A stretch of DNA of 56,542 bases from an uncultured Candidatus Saccharibacteria bacterium (GCA_964413845.1 CAYPTJ010000003.1:1-56542); one strand, 5' to 3'. Positions 7,939 to 18,696 are shown, counted from the stretch's first letter. The notes: generated from the sequence alone by a model not told the origin. Made by a program: numbers and translations.

Positions 7939-8237
7939 ACATCTACCAAGTGATCAAAAAACCGATTGTCACCGAGAAGAGTCAGAGTTTAGCCGCTCAG
8001 GGAAAATACGTCTTTGCGGTAGCTAAAGAAGCAACCAAGGAGGAAGTATCCCGAGCGGTTGAAGCTCAATTTAAGGATGTTAAGGTGGGGAAGGTGAACA
8101 TTAGCAGGGTTCCAGGACGGTTAGTTGCCTGGCGCCGCCGTGGTCGGCGCCCAATTATTGGGAGAAGACAAGGTGTAAAGCGCGCGGTCGTGACCCTTTC
8201 TAAGGGAAAGATCGCGCTTTTTGAGGAGAAAAAGTGA
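7935..8237 (+). CDS. rplW: 50S ribosomal protein L23
   Basis: Size, the PIVTEKS...KYVFAV motif, and position between L4 and L2. Confidence 0.9.
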   Translation: MNIYQVIKKPIVTEKSQSLAAQGKYVFAVAKEATKEEVSRAVEAQFKDVKVGKVNISRVPGRLVAWRRRGRRPIIGRRQGVKRAVVTLSKGKIALFEEKK

Positions 8238-8974
8238 TGACAAAGCTAAAATTTGGGAGAAAAAGAGATGTTGGTCGAAGTAGAGGGAAGATCTCCGTTC
8301 GCCATAAAGGGGGCGGAGAGAAGCGCCTTTATCGAGTAGTTGATTTTAAGCGGGATAAAAGAGATATCCCGGCAAAGGTTGAGGCGATTGAGTATGACCC
8401 AAACCGTTCGGCAAAGATCGCCCTTCTTCTTTTTCCCGATGGGGAGCGCCACTATATTTTGGCTCCAGAAGAAATTAAGGTAGGAAGCGCAGTTTTAGCG
8501 TCCGAAAAAGCTTCCGCGAAGGTGGGTAATGCTCTTCCCCTTGGGAAGATTCCGGTTGGAACGGAGGTTCACAATGTGGAGCTTATTCCAGGACAGGGAG
8601 GAAAGATGATCCGTGCCGCTGGAACTGCGGCGGTAGTCTTGGCTAAGGAAAAGGAGTTTGCTCATCTAAAAATGCCCTCCGGCGAGATAAGGAAAATAAG
8701 GTTGAATTGCTGGGCAACGGTTGGCCGCCTTACCGGGGTGGAGAGAAAGATGCGCCGGTTGGGGAAGGCGGGGATCAAAAGGCATCTGGGGATTAGGCCA
8801 ACGGTGCGGGGAGTAGCGCAACATCCCCGAGCCCATCCTCATGGTGGAGGGGAAGGAAAGTCGGGGATAGGAATGCCCTCACCCAAAACACCCTGGGGAA
8901 AGCCCACGTTGGGGAAAAAGACACGAAAGCGGTTTCATACGGATAAATATATTGTGGCAAGGAGGAAGAAATAA
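8234..8974 (+). CDS. rplB: 50S ribosomal protein L2
   Basis: [17 protein letters not shown] and HPHGGGEGK motifs. Confidence 0.95.
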   Translation: MMTKLKFGRKRDVGRSRGKISVRHKGGGEKRLYRVVDFKRDKRDIPAKVEAIEYDPNRSAKIALLLFPDGERHYILAPEEIKVGSAVLASEKASAKVGNALPLGKIPVGTEVHNVELIPGQGGKMIRAAGTAAVVLAKEKEFAHLKMPSGEIRKIRLNCWATVGRLTGVERKMRRLGKAGIKRHLGIRPTVRGVAQHPRAHPHGGGEGKSGIGMPSPKTPWGKPTLGKKTRKRFHTDKYIVARRKK

Positions 8975-9267
8975 TGGCACGCTCAAGCAAAAAAGGACCA
9001 TTTATTGATCCAAAATTACTGAAGAAGGTTTTAAGAGCAAAAGAATCAGGAGGTGCTGAACCGATCAAGACTTGGTCGCGAGATTCACAAATTTCACCAG
9101 AGATGGTCGGGCTGACGATCGCCGTTTACAACGGAAAGGTTCATGTGCCGGTAAAGATTGCGGAGGCGATGATTGGCCACAGGTTAGGAGAATTTTCTCC
9201 AACCCGGATCTTTAGGAAGCACGGCCGCAAAGGGCTTAAGGTTTCTGTATCGGAAGGACGGGTCTAA
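8974..9267 (+). CDS. rpsS: 30S ribosomal protein S19
   Basis: [12 protein letters not shown]...[11 protein letters not shown] motif. Confidence 0.95.
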   Translation: MARSSKKGPFIDPKLLKKVLRAKESGGAEPIKTWSRDSQISPEMVGLTIAVYNGKVHVPVKIAEAMIGHRLGEFSPTRIFRKHGRKGLKVSVSEGRV

Positions 9268-9272
9268 TAAAA

Positions 9273-9740
9273 GTGATAAGTGATAAGAAACAAGTGACAA
9301 AGGTGAAGAAAGAAACAAAGCCGACAAAAGCTGTAGAGGTGTCGGAGGCGGTTGGTCCAAAGGAAGCGCGGGCGGTAGGGAGGTATCTGCGAATCTCTCC
9401 CACAAAAGTGGGAGGAATCTTAGATCTAATTCGTGGGGAGACGGTAGGGGAGGCGAAGCGGATTCTTCACTTTACCCCTAAAAAAGGTGCAAAGATCGCC
9501 CTTAAGGTTTTGAATTCAGCGGTAGCTAACGCCAAAGCTAAGAGCCAGGTTGATGAGAAAAGTTGGGTAGTTTCTGATGCACGTGCCAATAAGGGTCCTC
9601 TTTTTCGAAGAAAACTTGACCCTAAAGCACGTGGCAGTTGGGGAATGATCACAACACCCTCAACTCACTTGACAATCGTGGTTAAGCGGGAGGCGGAAGT
9701 TGAAAAACAGAAGAAAAAGGAGGAGAAAAATGGGTCATAA
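9273..9740 (+). CDS. rplV: 50S ribosomal protein L22 (N-terminal extension)
   Basis: ARAVGRYLRISPTKV core, and GTG start inside a GTGATAA-GTGATAA repeat. Confidence 0.9.
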   Translation: MISDKKQVTKVKKETKPTKAVEVSEAVGPKEARAVGRYLRISPTKVGGILDLIRGETVGEAKRILHFTPKKGAKIALKVLNSAVANAKAKSQVDEKSWVVSDARANKGPLFRRKLDPKARGSWGMITTPSTHLTIVVKREAEVEKQKKKEEKNGS

Positions 9741-10365
9741 AATTCATCCGCGAAGTCTAAGAATGGGAATAACTGAACCGTGGCGCTCACGCTGGTTCAG
9801 CGTGAAGGAATACGCTAAATTTGCACTTGGTGATAGGAAAATCCGCCAGTTCTTGACAAAAAAGCTGGCAGAGGTGGGACTTTCGGAGATTGAAATTGAA
9901 CGTTCGGGGGAAAAGGTGAAAGTGGTCATCCATGTTTCCAGACCTGGACTTGTAATTGGGAGAGGAGGTTCTGGGATTGAACTTCTTCGGCAAACATTGC
10001 TTGAGAAGCTGGGGGTTGAGAAAGGGAATCTGGAACTTGAGGTTCAGGGGGTAAAAACACCGCTTCTTTCGGCGGTTCTTTTAGCGAATCGGATCGCCCG
10101 TGGGTTGGAAAGACGAGCTAATTTTCGGCGTCTTGCGAATGAGGTGGCGGATGAAGTAATGACTCAAGGAGCAAAGGGGATAAAGGTAGAACTTGCCGGA
10201 CGGATTGCTGGAAGAGAGATCGCTCGGGTAGAAAAGGTAGGGCGGGGTTCCGTTCCTTTATCAACGCTTCGTGCAAGAATTGACTTTGCTGAGGATACGG
10301 CGCATACGCGCTACGGAACAATCGGAGTCAAGGTTTGGGTTTATCTAGGGGAGGAGGGGATTTAG
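9730..10365 (+). CDS. rpsC: 30S ribosomal protein S3
   Basis: [13 protein letters not shown] start after AGGAGGAG, and a KH-domain core. Confidence 0.95.
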   Translation: MGHKIHPRSLRMGITEPWRSRWFSVKEYAKFALGDRKIRQFLTKKLAEVGLSEIEIERSGEKVKVVIHVSRPGLVIGRGGSGIELLRQTLLEKLGVEKGNLELEVQGVKTPLLSAVLLANRIARGLERRANFRRLANEVADEVMTQGAKGIKVELAGRIAGREIARVEKVGRGSVPLSTLRARIDFAEDTAHTRYGTIGVKVWVYLGEEGI

Positions 10366-10367
10366 TG

Positions 10368-10781
10368 ATGTTGTTGCCCAAAAAAACAAAATTCAGAACA
10401 CAATTTCGAGGGAATGAAAGGATAAAAGGCAAGGCTTGGGTTGGCTCAGAGCTTTCGTTTGGGAAATACGGGTTAAAAGCTACTGCTGGAGGATTGCTTA
10501 CATCACGGCAGATTGAGGCCGCAAGGCGGGCGATTATGCACTATACGAAGCGGGGAGGGAAGCTTTGGATCCGAATTTTTCCAGATAAACCGATCTCAAA
10601 AAAGCTGGGTGAGACGAGAATGGGCGGGGGAAAATCTCCCGTTGATCACTATGCAGCCGTTGTCAAGGCTGGGCGAATCATCTTTGAACTTTCCGGTATT
10701 GCGGCAAAACAAGCCAAAGAGGCACTAAAGCGGGCAGGTCAAAAGCTCCCCCTTAAGACAAAGATTGTTACTGAAGAATGA
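10368..10781 (+). CDS. rplP: 50S ribosomal protein L16
   Basis: [10 protein letters not shown] start and IEAARRAI motif. Confidence 0.95.
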   Translation: MLLPKKTKFRTQFRGNERIKGKAWVGSELSFGKYGLKATAGGLLTSRQIEAARRAIMHYTKRGGKLWIRIFPDKPISKKLGETRMGGGKSPVDHYAAVVKAGRIIFELSGIAAKQAKEALKRAGQKLPLKTKIVTEE

Positions 10782-11044
10782 TGGAGATTAAAGATTTGCG
10801 CGATAAAGAAAGAGGTGAATTATTAAAGCTTCTGAAAGAAGCGCGATTAGAGTTGGTGAGGTTAAAAATGGAGCGGAAAACCGGTTCCTTGGCCGATGGA
10901 AGTACAATTCATAAAAAGCAAAAAGAAATTGCCCAAACGACAACTGTTTTAAGGGAGAAGGAGATTCTTGCTGAGGCGACGGTTGAAAAAGAAGCTCCTT
11001 TGGGCAAGCTCAAGGAAGAAAAAGATGCCAAAACGAAGACTTAA
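10778..11044 (+). CDS. rpmC: 50S ribosomal protein L29 (C-terminal extension)
   Basis: [25 protein letters not shown] core and operon position. Confidence 0.85.
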   Translation: MMEIKDLRDKERGELLKLLKEARLELVRLKMERKTGSLADGSTIHKKQKEIAQTTTVLREKEILAEATVEKEAPLGKLKEEKDAKTKT

Positions 11045-11327
11045 AGGAAAAGTTGTTTCTGACAAAATGGAAAAGACGGTAGTTGTTGTGGTGGAGCGTG
11101 TCTTTTCCCATCCGGTTTATAAGAAGCGGATTAGAGTAACCAAGCGGTTTAAGGCGCACGATGAGGGGGGAGCAAAAGTGGGGGATGAGGTTGTGATCGA
11201 AGAGGCAAGACCCTTCTCAAAGCAGAAACGTTGGAAGGTAATTGAGGTTGGCGGGAGAAAAGTTGCCGAAAAGTCAAAGGAGGGGGTAGCCAAGAGGGCC
11301 AAAGTGAGAAAAAGAGGAGAAAAATGA
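11025..11327 (+). CDS. rpsQ: 30S ribosomal protein S17
   Basis: [20 protein letters not shown]...HPVYKK motif, using an internal ATG. Confidence 0.9.
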   Translation: MPKRRLKGKVVSDKMEKTVVVVVERVFSHPVYKKRIRVTKRFKAHDEGGAKVGDEVVIEEARPFSKQKRWKVIEVGGRKVAEKSKEGVAKRAKVRKRGEK

Positions 11328-11695
11328 TCCAAAAAGGAACGGTTCTTAATGTTGCTGATAACTCTGGTGCAAAAGCCCTTAAGGTGATTGGTATTCCCCA
11401 CAAAGGAAAGGTGCAAACCGCTTCTTTGGGTGAGGTGGTAACGGTTTCAGTTCGAGGAGCTGATCCCCAGGGGGTGGTAAAAGATCATGCGATTGAGCAA
11501 GCGGTGATCGTTCGGGTTAGGAAGGAAGTAAGAAGACAAGACGGTTCTTATATCCGGTTTGATGATAATGCGGCGGTCGTGATTGATAAGAAAACTAACA
11601 ACCCCCAAGGGAGTAGGATTTTTGGTCCGATAGCACGAGAGGTGAGAGAGCACGGTTTTAAAAAGATTGCCTCACTTGCTAAGGAGATCTACTAA
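11324..11695 (+). CDS. rplN: 50S ribosomal protein L14
   Basis: [17 protein letters not shown] start. Confidence 0.95.
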   Translation: MIQKGTVLNVADNSGAKALKVIGIPHKGKVQTASLGEVVTVSVRGADPQGVVKDHAIEQAVIVRVRKEVRRQDGSYIRFDDNAAVVIDKKTNNPQGSRIFGPIAREVREHGFKKIASLAKEIY

Positions 11696-11696
11696 G

Positions 11697-12050
11697 ATGA
11701 GACGCGAAACAGGAACAAAGAAAATCAAAATCCGAAAAGGCGATAAAGTAAAAATCATCGCCGGAAAGGATATCGGGAAGGAGGGAGAGGTAGAAAGGAT
11801 GCTGCGAGGTGAGAACCGGGCGGTGGTGGCAGGAGTAAATCTTGTCAAGAAGTTTGTTAAGAGGAAAGGGGAACGTGAGCCGGGAGGAATTATTACTGTC
11901 GCAGCACCAATCCACATCTCAAACTTAATGCTTATTTGCCCAAGATGTAGCAAACCCACAAAGGTGGGGTATAAGGTAAAAGAGGGAGGGGGGAGGATTC
12001 GATTTTGCCGCCGTTGCGGAAAGGAGGTTGACCCGCCCAGGGCGGGGTAA
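11697..12050 (+). CDS. rplX: 50S ribosomal protein L24 (with C4 zinc-ribbon-like insert)
   Basis: KOW motif IRKGDKVKIIAGKDIGKEG, and CPRC...CRRC in the C-terminal half. Confidence 0.9.
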   Translation: MRRETGTKKIKIRKGDKVKIIAGKDIGKEGEVERMLRGENRAVVAGVNLVKKFVKRKGEREPGGIITVAAPIHISNLMLICPRCSKPTKVGYKVKEGGGRIRFCRRCGKEVDPPRAG

Positions 12051-12055
12051 GGGAA

Positions 12056-12589
12056 ATGCTGAAAGAGTTTTATCAAAAAAAGGTTGTTCCAAAGCTTAAA
12101 GGTACAGTTGGCAGGGGGAATCCGTATGGTGTTCCTTACCCTGTGAAGATTGTAGTGAATATGGGTGTTGGGGAAGATAAGGATAAAAAGGAGGTGCTGG
12201 AGCACGCCCGTGAGGATCTAGCAATGCTTGCTGGTCAAACTCCTTCCTTCCGGTTGGCAAAAGAAGCAGTAGCATCCTTTTCGATAAAAAGAGGTGATAT
12301 CGTGGGAGTAGCGGTGACACTTCGGGGAAGAAAGATGTGGGATTTTCTTGAAAAGCTTGTCAAGGTGGTTCTCCCCCGGACAAAAGATTTTCGCGGGGTC
12401 TCACGGAAAAGCTTTGATGGAAAAGGGAACCTTACCGTTGGAATAAAAGAGCAGACTGCTTTTCCCGAGATTGATCCCCACAAAATCAGTAAGATCCGGG
12501 GATTGGAGGCTACCGTGATGACGTCAACTGAGGATGATGAGAAAGCATATCAGGTGCTAAAAGAGCTTGGAATGCCGTTTAGAGATTAA
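12056..12589 (+). CDS. rplE: 50S ribosomal protein L5
   Basis: Size, position and the typical FRGVS...[10 protein letters not shown] motif. Confidence 0.9.
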   Translation: MLKEFYQKKVVPKLKGTVGRGNPYGVPYPVKIVVNMGVGEDKDKKEVLEHAREDLAMLAGQTPSFRLAKEAVASFSIKRGDIVGVAVTLRGRKMWDFLEKLVKVVLPRTKDFRGVSRKSFDGKGNLTVGIKEQTAFPEIDPHKISKIRGLEATVMTSTEDDEKAYQVLKELGMPFRD

Positions 12590-12590
12590 A

Positions 12591-12776
12591 ATGCCTAAAA
12601 AAGCACTTATTGAAAAACAGAAAAGAACACCAAAATTTAAAACACAAAGGTACAATCGTTGTCAGATTTGTGGGAGAAGCGGTGCTTACATGCGGAAGTT
12701 TGGAATGTGCCGAATCTGTTTTCGGGAGCTTGCCTCAAGGGGGGAACTTCCAGGGGTTAGGAAAGCGAGCCACTAA
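12591..12776 (+). CDS. rpsN: 30S ribosomal protein S14 type Z (zinc form)
   Basis: 61 aa with CQICGR...CRIC. Confidence 0.9.
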   Translation: MPKKALIEKQKRTPKFKTQRYNRCQICGRSGAYMRKFGMCRICFRELASRGELPGVRKASH

Positions 12777-12777
12777 G

Positions 12778-13176
12778 ATGAGTATTAACGATCCGGTTGC
12801 TGATATTTTTTCTGCCATAAAGAATGCTGCTGCCGCCGGCCACACGGAGGTAGTTGTCCCTTTTTCAAAATTTAAAGCGCAGCTTGCATCGCTTCTTAAG
12901 AAGGAGGGGTTTGTAACAGAGGTACACAAGTTTAAGGAAAAGGAAGGAGCACGTTTCTTCCTGGCAATCAAGCCCGCTTACGATGAGGAAGGTAATTCTA
13001 AAATAAGCCACCTTAAGCGGATTTCAAGGGCTGGGCAGAGAATTTATTCACCGGCTTCAAAATTAAAATCACCACCGCTTGGAATCAAAATTGTCTCAAC
13101 ATCACAAGGACTTTTCACTGAGAAAGAAGCAAAGAAAAAGCGTCTTGGAGGCGAAGTGGTTGGGGAGGTTTGGTAG
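12778..13176 (+). CDS. rpsH: 30S ribosomal protein S8
   Basis: MSINDPVADIFSAIKNA start, using an internal ATG of the longer ORF. Confidence 0.9.
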   Translation: MSINDPVADIFSAIKNAAAAGHTEVVVPFSKFKAQLASLLKKEGFVTEVHKFKEKEGARFFLAIKPAYDEEGNSKISHLKRISRAGQRIYSPASKLKSPPLGIKIVSTSQGLFTEKEAKKKRLGGEVVGEVW

Positions 13177-13256
13177 GGATTAGTGGAGAGTATACAGTCC
13201 ACAGTTAACAGTATCTGTGAACTACAGCGAAGCGTACTGTGAACTATTAACTAAGA

Positions 13257-13796
13257 ATGTCAAAGTTAGCGAAGAAACCATTTTCTATCCCAGAAGGGGT
13301 GACGGTTGGAAAAGATAATAACCGATTAATCCTTAAGGGAGAAAAAGGTGAGTTGGTTCTTACTATTCCTCCAGGGATTGAGGTAGCGAAGAAGGAAAAC
13401 GCCGTTGCCGTCAGTGGCAAGGAAAGTCGGATTGTTGGCCTTTTCACATCTTTGGTTAAAAATGCGATCACCGGAATCAACCAGGGCTTCCGGAAGGAAT
13501 TGGAGCTTGTAGGAGTTGGTTATAAAGCGGAGGTAGCGGGGGATATTCTTCGGCTTGCCCTCGGTTTCTCCCATCCCGTCGAATACAAGATTCCGGAGGG
13601 GGTAAAAATTACCATGGTAGAGAATACAAAAGTGGTAGTTGAGGGAGTGGATAAACAGTTGGTTGGGCAGGTCGCAGCAGAGATTAGGAAACTCCGACCT
13701 CCCGAGCCGTACAAAGGTAAAGGAATAAGATATGTGGGTGAGGTAGTGAGAAGAAAATCCGGTAAAGCAATGAAGGTGACTGTGGGAGGAGCTTAA
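13257..13796 (+). CDS. rplF: 50S ribosomal protein L6
   Basis: Size, position and the PEPYKGKGIRY motif. Confidence 0.95.
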   Translation: MSKLAKKPFSIPEGVTVGKDNNRLILKGEKGELVLTIPPGIEVAKKENAVAVSGKESRIVGLFTSLVKNAITGINQGFRKELELVGVGYKAEVAGDILRLALGFSHPVEYKIPEGVKITMVENTKVVVEGVDKQLVGQVAAEIRKLRPPEPYKGKGIRYVGEVVRRKSGKAMKVTVGGA

Positions 13797-13798
13797 CA

Positions 13799-14146
13799 AT
13801 GCCAGTCAAACATTATCAGGTTAAAAGGGCACGACGACGGAGACGAATCCGGGGGAAGATCTTTGGAACTGGAAAACGTCCACGCCTTTCCGTTTTCCGC
13901 TCGGGCAAGCACATCTTTGTGCAGCTTATTGATGATGAGAAGGGGAAGACTTTGGTTGCAATTTCGGATTTATCCTTCAAGGAAGGAATCAAGAGCCAAA
14001 AAGCACAGGTGGCTGGGGAAAAGCTGGCTGAGGAAGCATTAAAGTTGAAGATAAGACGAGTTGTCTTTGACCGAGGTGGATACAAGTATCACGGTCGGGT
14101 GAAAGCAGTTGCCCAAGGGGCAAGGAAGGGAGGGTTGGAGTTTTGA
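13799..14146 (+). CDS. rplR: 50S ribosomal protein L18
   Basis: RLSVFRSGKHIFVQLIDD and FDRGGYKYHGRV motifs. Confidence 0.95.
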   Translation: MPVKHYQVKRARRRRRIRGKIFGTGKRPRLSVFRSGKHIFVQLIDDEKGKTLVAISDLSFKEGIKSQKAQVAGEKLAEEALKLKIRRVVFDRGGYKYHGRVKAVAQGARKGGLEF

Positions 14147-14598
14147 TGGCCGAAGGAGTAATGGGGCAAAAACTGCAAGAAAAGGTGCTCATGGTTAATC
14201 GAGTTGCCAAAAAGATTAAGGGAGGTGAGCGGAGGGGTTTTACGGCGTTGGTGGCAGTTGGAGATGGGTGTGGAAAGGTAGGAATTGGTTACGGTCGTGC
14301 GCAAGATCTGCGGGTGGCGATTGAGAAAGGGAGAAGGCAAGCGAAGGTGAAGATGTTTGCTGTCCCAATTTCGGGAACCACCATTCCCCATCGTGTAGAG
14401 GTAAAAGAAGGGGCAGTGAAGATTATTCTTAAGCCTGCTCCCCGCGGCGCAGGATTGATCGCGGGTGGAGTGATCCGAGATCTTCTAGAGCTGGCGGGGT
14501 ATGGGGATGTATCGGCGAAGATGTTAGGAACAAGAAATAGAATGGCGAATGTGAAGGCAACAGTTACTGCTTTAAGGGGGATGAGGAATGAGGCTTAA
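14146..14598 (+). CDS. rpsE: 30S ribosomal protein S5
   Basis: VNRVAKKIKGGERRGFTALVAVGDG motif. Confidence 0.95.
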   Translation: MAEGVMGQKLQEKVLMVNRVAKKIKGGERRGFTALVAVGDGCGKVGIGYGRAQDLRVAIEKGRRQAKVKMFAVPISGTTIPHRVEVKEGAVKIILKPAPRGAGLIAGGVIRDLLELAGYGDVSAKMLGTRNRMANVKATVTALRGMRNEA

Positions 14599-15016
14599 TA
14601 ACCTTCCAAGGTTAGTTGGGAAAAAGAAGAAACGGCTGGGTCGTGGTTACGGATCGGGAAAGGGTGGTCACACCGTTGGACATGGTACCAAAGGTCAGAA
14701 AGTACGGGGGCGGATTAAGCTTGGTTTTGAAGGTGGGCAGTTCCCTCTTGTGCGGCGGTTACCACGTTTAGGTGGTTTTAGAAGCATCCGGGGAAAACCA
14801 GCAGTGTTGAATTTGGGTAATCTTACCGCTTTTCGAAAAGGTGAAATCGTGAGCCCAGAAACGCTTAAGGAAAAAGGTTTAATCAAAAAAATCCCTTCTG
14901 CGGGGATAAAGATTTTGGGTGAGGGAGAGGCAAAAGCCCTTAAGTTTAAGGGTGTTTTGCTTTCTGCCCCAGCGCGAGAGAAGATCTTGAAGGCAGGAGG
15001 AAAGATCGAAAAATGA
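14588..15016 (+). CDS. rplO: 50S ribosomal protein L15
   Basis: [21 protein letters not shown] motif. It overlaps the rpsE 3' end, so there is no room for rpmD. Confidence 0.95.
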   Translation: MRLNNLPRLVGKKKKRLGRGYGSGKGGHTVGHGTKGQKVRGRIKLGFEGGQFPLVRRLPRLGGFRSIRGKPAVLNLGNLTAFRKGEIVSPETLKEKGLIKKIPSAGIKILGEGEAKALKFKGVLLSAPAREKILKAGGKIEK

Positions 15017-16287
15017 TCAGAGCCCTTTTGGTTCGCGCTTTTCAGGAGAAAGAAATTCGTACGCGGTTGCTTTTTACCTTGGGGGTTGTGGTGGTGTTTC
15101 GCTTTTTAGCACACCTTCCTTTGCCGGGGGTTGATCTTGCGGCGCTCAAACAGTTGTTTGCTTCCAACGCGCTTTTGGGGCTTTTGAACATCTTTTCTGG
15201 CGGGGCGATGGAAAACTTTTCGATCGTCTCCCTCGGCCTTAACCCATATATTAACGCTTCGATCATCTTTCAGCTTTTGACTTTTGGTTTTCCTCACCTA
15301 AAAGAGCTTGCCCAAGAGGGGGAGTATGGGAGAGCAAAAATTAACCAATATACTCGTTTTTTGACGGTTCCTCTTGCTTGTTTTCAGGGTTACGGACTTT
15401 ATTTTCTTCTTTCTAACCAAGGGGTTGTGAATCCTCTTCCTCCCCTTTCGTTGGCGGCCTTAGTAGTTTCCCTTACAGCAGGATCGATCCTTTTGATGTG
15501 GTTGGGAGAGATCCTCACGGAGAAAGGAGTTGGGAATGGGATTTCGATGCTTATTTTTATCGGAATTGTCGCTGGATATCCGCTTTCTTTGGGGCAAACA
15601 TTTGCCACCGCTTCCGCCGAGCGGATCGGGGGACTTCTTCTTTTTGTGGCGATGGCGGTTGCACTTGTTGGAGGGATTGTTATTGTTAATGAAGCGGCAA
15701 GAAGAGTTAGAATTGAATATGCGATCCGGATCAGAGGAGGCCGCCGATATGGGGGGGAGACGTACCTTCCCTTAAGAATTAATCAAGCAGGAGTAATCCC
15801 CATTATCTTTGCCATCTCGCTTGTTCTTATTCCTCCTACCTTCGCGCGTTACTTTTCCGGTGTGGCACATCCCTTGGTTTCTCGGGCAGCCTCCTTTCTC
15901 CTCACCTTGTTTAACCCTCAAGGTGCTTTTTATATCCTTTTCTATTTCTTGATGGTTGTACTTTTTACCTTCTTCTATACAGCGGTCATCTTTAATACGA
16001 AAGATATCGCAGAAAATCTTCAAAAAAGAGGCGGGTTTATTCCTGGGGTAAGGCCAGGAAAAACAACCGTAGATTATCTTAACCATGTTCTTACGCGGAT
16101 TACCTTTTTTGGAGCAATCTTTCTGGGTTTGGTAGCAGTTCTTCCCACCATTGCCGGCAGATTCACGGGTGTTACTACCTTTACACTGGGGGGAACTGGC
16201 ATTTTGATCGTTGTTTCGGTTATCCTTGAGACGCTGCGTCAACTTGAATCACAATTGGGGATGCGAGATTATGAGGGATATTTGTAA
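15013..16287 (+). CDS. secY: preprotein translocase subunit SecY
   Basis: 424-aa polytopic protein in the canonical position, with [12 protein letters not shown] and [10 protein letters not shown] motifs. Confidence 0.95.
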   Translation: MIRALLVRAFQEKEIRTRLLFTLGVVVVFRFLAHLPLPGVDLAALKQLFASNALLGLLNIFSGGAMENFSIVSLGLNPYINASIIFQLLTFGFPHLKELAQEGEYGRAKINQYTRFLTVPLACFQGYGLYFLLSNQGVVNPLPPLSLAALVVSLTAGSILLMWLGEILTEKGVGNGISMLIFIGIVAGYPLSLGQTFATASAERIGGLLLFVAMAVALVGGIVIVNEAARRVRIEYAIRIRGGRRYGGETYLPLRINQAGVIPIIFAISLVLIPPTFARYFSGVAHPLVSRAASFLLTLFNPQGAFYILFYFLMVVLFTFFYTAVIFNTKDIAENLQKRGGFIPGVRPGKTTVDYLNHVLTRITFFGAIFLGLVAVLPTIAGRFTGVTTFTLGGTGILIVVSVILETLRQLESQLGMRDYEGYL

Positions 16288-16302
16288 ACTGATACTTAAG
16301 CA

Positions 16303-16569
16303 ATGTTTGAGCAACTCAGAGAAGTAAATAAGCTAAGAAAACAAGCCGCGGAGTTGAAGCGTGAGATGGAAAGAATCACCGTTGAGGTTGTTGAGGGAGG
16401 GGTGAAGATTGTGATGCGGGGGGATCAGCAGGTTGAAAAGATTGAGTATGATGGTGAGGCGCGTGAGGACCTAAAGCGTGCCTTCAACAAAGCGGTTAAA
16501 GAGTCTCAGAAGAAAGTCGCCCAAAAACTCTCGGGCTTAGTTTCTGGAATGAAGATCCCCAGCATATGA
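16303..16569 (+). CDS. YbaB/EbfC-family nucleoid-associated protein (probable)
   Basis: 88 aa with a coiled N-terminus plus AFNKAVKESQKK...SGMKIP, resembling YbaB. Confidence 0.55.
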   Translation: MFEQLREVNKLRKQAAELKREMERITVEVVEGGVKIVMRGDQQVEKIEYDGEAREDLKRAFNKAVKESQKKVAQKLSGLVSGMKIPSI

Positions 16570-17105
16570 AGCTTGTGATCCTTGGCCTCCCGGGAGCGGG
16601 GAAAGGTAGTCAAGCCGTGCTTCTTTCTAAAGCGCTCTCAATCCCTCGTATCTGTGCTGGGGAGATGCTTCGCGAAATCAGTAAGGAGAAAAGTTCCCTG
16701 GGAAAGATAGTAAAGGAGACGGTCCAAAAAGGGGAACTTGTCTCTGATGATCTTATTTTTACGCTCCTCAAACAACGGCTTAGGAAGAGCGATACACGGA
16801 AGGGCTTCATTTTGGATGGGACTCCGCGGACATTGAATCAAGCGCAGATGTTTCGCAAGCTCTTTTCTTTGGATAAGGTCTTCGTTTTGAAGATTGATGA
16901 GAAAACGGCCATGACAAGATTACTTAAGCGCGGAAGGGGAGATGATACTCATGTGGCGATCGGGAGAAGATTTGAAATCTTTAATCGGGAGATTGGCCAA
17001 ATTGTTAAGTTGTATCACGATTTAGGTATTTTGGTGGAGATTAATGCAAAGGCTGCCCCTCAGGTAGCGCACAAAGAGATTCTCTCTCACTTGAAGCGAG
17101 GTTAA
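16566..17105 (+). CDS. adk: adenylate kinase (short-lid form)
   Basis: ILGLPGAGKGSQA P-loop and GFILDGTPRT motif. Confidence 0.9.
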   Translation: MKLVILGLPGAGKGSQAVLLSKALSIPRICAGEMLREISKEKSSLGKIVKETVQKGELVSDDLIFTLLKQRLRKSDTRKGFILDGTPRTLNQAQMFRKLFSLDKVFVLKIDEKTAMTRLLKRGRGDDTHVAIGRRFEIFNREIGQIVKLYHDLGILVEINAKAAPQVAHKEILSHLKRG

Positions 17106-17107
17106 AA

Positions 17108-17875
17108 ATGGCAATCACGGTTAAATCGAAGGAGCAGATTAAGATAATGAAAGAGGGAGGGAGAATCACCGCGGGAGCGCTTAAGGCAGTGCTTGCAAGG
17201 GTTGCGGTTGGAGTAACAACTGCAGAATTAGATAAGATCGCTGAGGAATTTATTATCTCCTCTGGAGGAGAGCCTGCCTTCAAGCGTGTTCCCGGTTACA
17301 AATTTGCTACTTGTCTTAATCTTAATGAGGGGGTAGTTCACGGTCTCCCATCCAAACAGAAGCTGAAAGAGGGCGATATTTTAAGCGTTGACCTCGGCAC
17401 CTACTACAAGGGATTAAACACTGATGTCTCTTGGACGGTGTATGTTGGGGACGAAAACCAGGCTTTAAGCTCTAAGCTTCAATTCCTAGAGGTGGGAGAG
17501 AAGGCACTTTGGGTGGCAATTGACCAATGTCGTATTGGTAAGGCAGTGGGAGATATCTCAGCAGCAATGGAGAAGATTTTAAGAGGTGCTGGTTACTCTC
17601 CCGTGGAAACCTTAGTTGGCCACGGGGTTGGGGAAAAGCTTCATGAAGAACCGCAAATTCCCTGTCTCGCTTCCCCCTACAAAGGCGTAGAGCTTAAGGA
17701 AGGAATGACGCTTGCAACTGAAGTAATTTATACTGCTGGGAAACCAGCTTTAAAACTTCTTCCTGACAACTGGACATTTGTGACTGCTGATGATAGTCTT
17801 GCTGGTTTGTTTGAGCACACGGTTGCCGTTTCTCCTACCGGTCCTATAGTGTTGACCGCTTGGAAGGTGATCTGA
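17108..17875 (+). CDS. map: type I methionine aminopeptidase
   Basis: Position after adk, with VHGLP, DLGTYYKGLNTD and GHGVGEKLHEEP motifs. Confidence 0.9.
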   Translation: MAITVKSKEQIKIMKEGGRITAGALKAVLARVAVGVTTAELDKIAEEFIISSGGEPAFKRVPGYKFATCLNLNEGVVHGLPSKQKLKEGDILSVDLGTYYKGLNTDVSWTVYVGDENQALSSKLQFLEVGEKALWVAIDQCRIGKAVGDISAAMEKILRGAGYSPVETLVGHGVGEKLHEEPQIPCLASPYKGVELKEGMTLATEVIYTAGKPALKLLPDNWTFVTADDSLAGLFEHTVAVSPTGPIVLTAWKVI

Positions 17876-17933
17876 TAATATATGAGAGATCTCTCCCTTA
17901 ATGATAAGCCCTAGGCTTACTTGAGGAGTTTTG

Positions 17934-18152
17934 ATGGAGAAAAGAAAAGAAAAAATTGAGAAGGAAGGTGTTGTGCGGGAGACGCTTCCTAATGCCTTCT
18001 TTCGGGTGGTCCTTGATGATGGAGAGGAAGTTTTGGCGCACATCTCTGGGAAGATACGTATCTACCGGATTAAGATTCTTCCTGGGGATCGGGTAAGGGT
18101 AGAGCTTTCTTTGTACGATAAAAAGCGAGGGAGGATTACGTATCGGCTTTAA
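17934..18152 (+). CDS. infA: translation initiation factor IF-1
   Basis: [32 protein letters not shown] motif. Confidence 0.95.
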   Translation: MEKRKEKIEKEGVVRETLPNAFFRVVLDDGEEVLAHISGKIRIYRIKILPGDRVRVELSLYDKKRGRITYRL

Positions 18153-18162
18153 GAATCTTGCA

Positions 18163-18276
18163 ATGAAGGTAAAAGCATCAGTTAAGAAGATATGCAAAGA
18201 CTGTAAAATCGTGAGGCGTAAAGGAAAACTTTACGTGATTTGTAAAACCCCCAAGCATAAGCAACGGCAGGGGTAG
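18163..18276 (+). CDS. rpmJ: 50S ribosomal protein L36
   Basis: 37-aa [37 protein letters not shown]. Found by hand because it is below the ORF-track cutoff. Confidence 0.95.
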   Translation: MKVKASVKKICKDCKIVRRKGKLYVICKTPKHKQRQG

Positions 18277-18284
18277 TTGAAGCG

Positions 18285-18689
18285 ATGGCAAGAATTGCGG
18301 GAGTAGATATACCAAGTGAAAAGCGAGTCGAGATAGCCCTCACATATATCAAAGGGATCGGGCGGAGTTTATCCAATAAGATTCTTAAGGAAGTGGAGAT
18401 CTCCCCTGATGCAAGGGTAAAGAATCTCACGGAGGGGGAGATTAGCCGGATTAAGGAAGCGCTTGAGAAAGGCGGCTATCGGTTAGAAGGAGAACTCACG
18501 CAGGAGGTGGCGTTAAACATCAAGCGTCTGCGCGATATTGGCTCTTATCGAGGAATAAGACATGAAAAAGGACTTCCCGTAAGAGGTCAGCGGACACGAA
18601 CCAACGCTCGAACCAGAAAGGGAAGAAAGATTGCTGTTGGTGGAACAAGCCGTGCAGCCTTAAAGGCGATGGCAGCGCGGAAGACATAA
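18285..18689 (+). CDS. rpsM: 30S ribosomal protein S13
   Basis: [10 protein letters not shown] start and GSYRGIRH motif. Confidence 0.95.
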   Translation: MARIAGVDIPSEKRVEIALTYIKGIGRSLSNKILKEVEISPDARVKNLTEGEISRIKEALEKGGYRLEGELTQEVALNIKRLRDIGSYRGIRHEKGLPVRGQRTRTNARTRKGRKIAVGGTSRAALKAMAARKT

Positions 18690-18696
18690 ACTAAAG

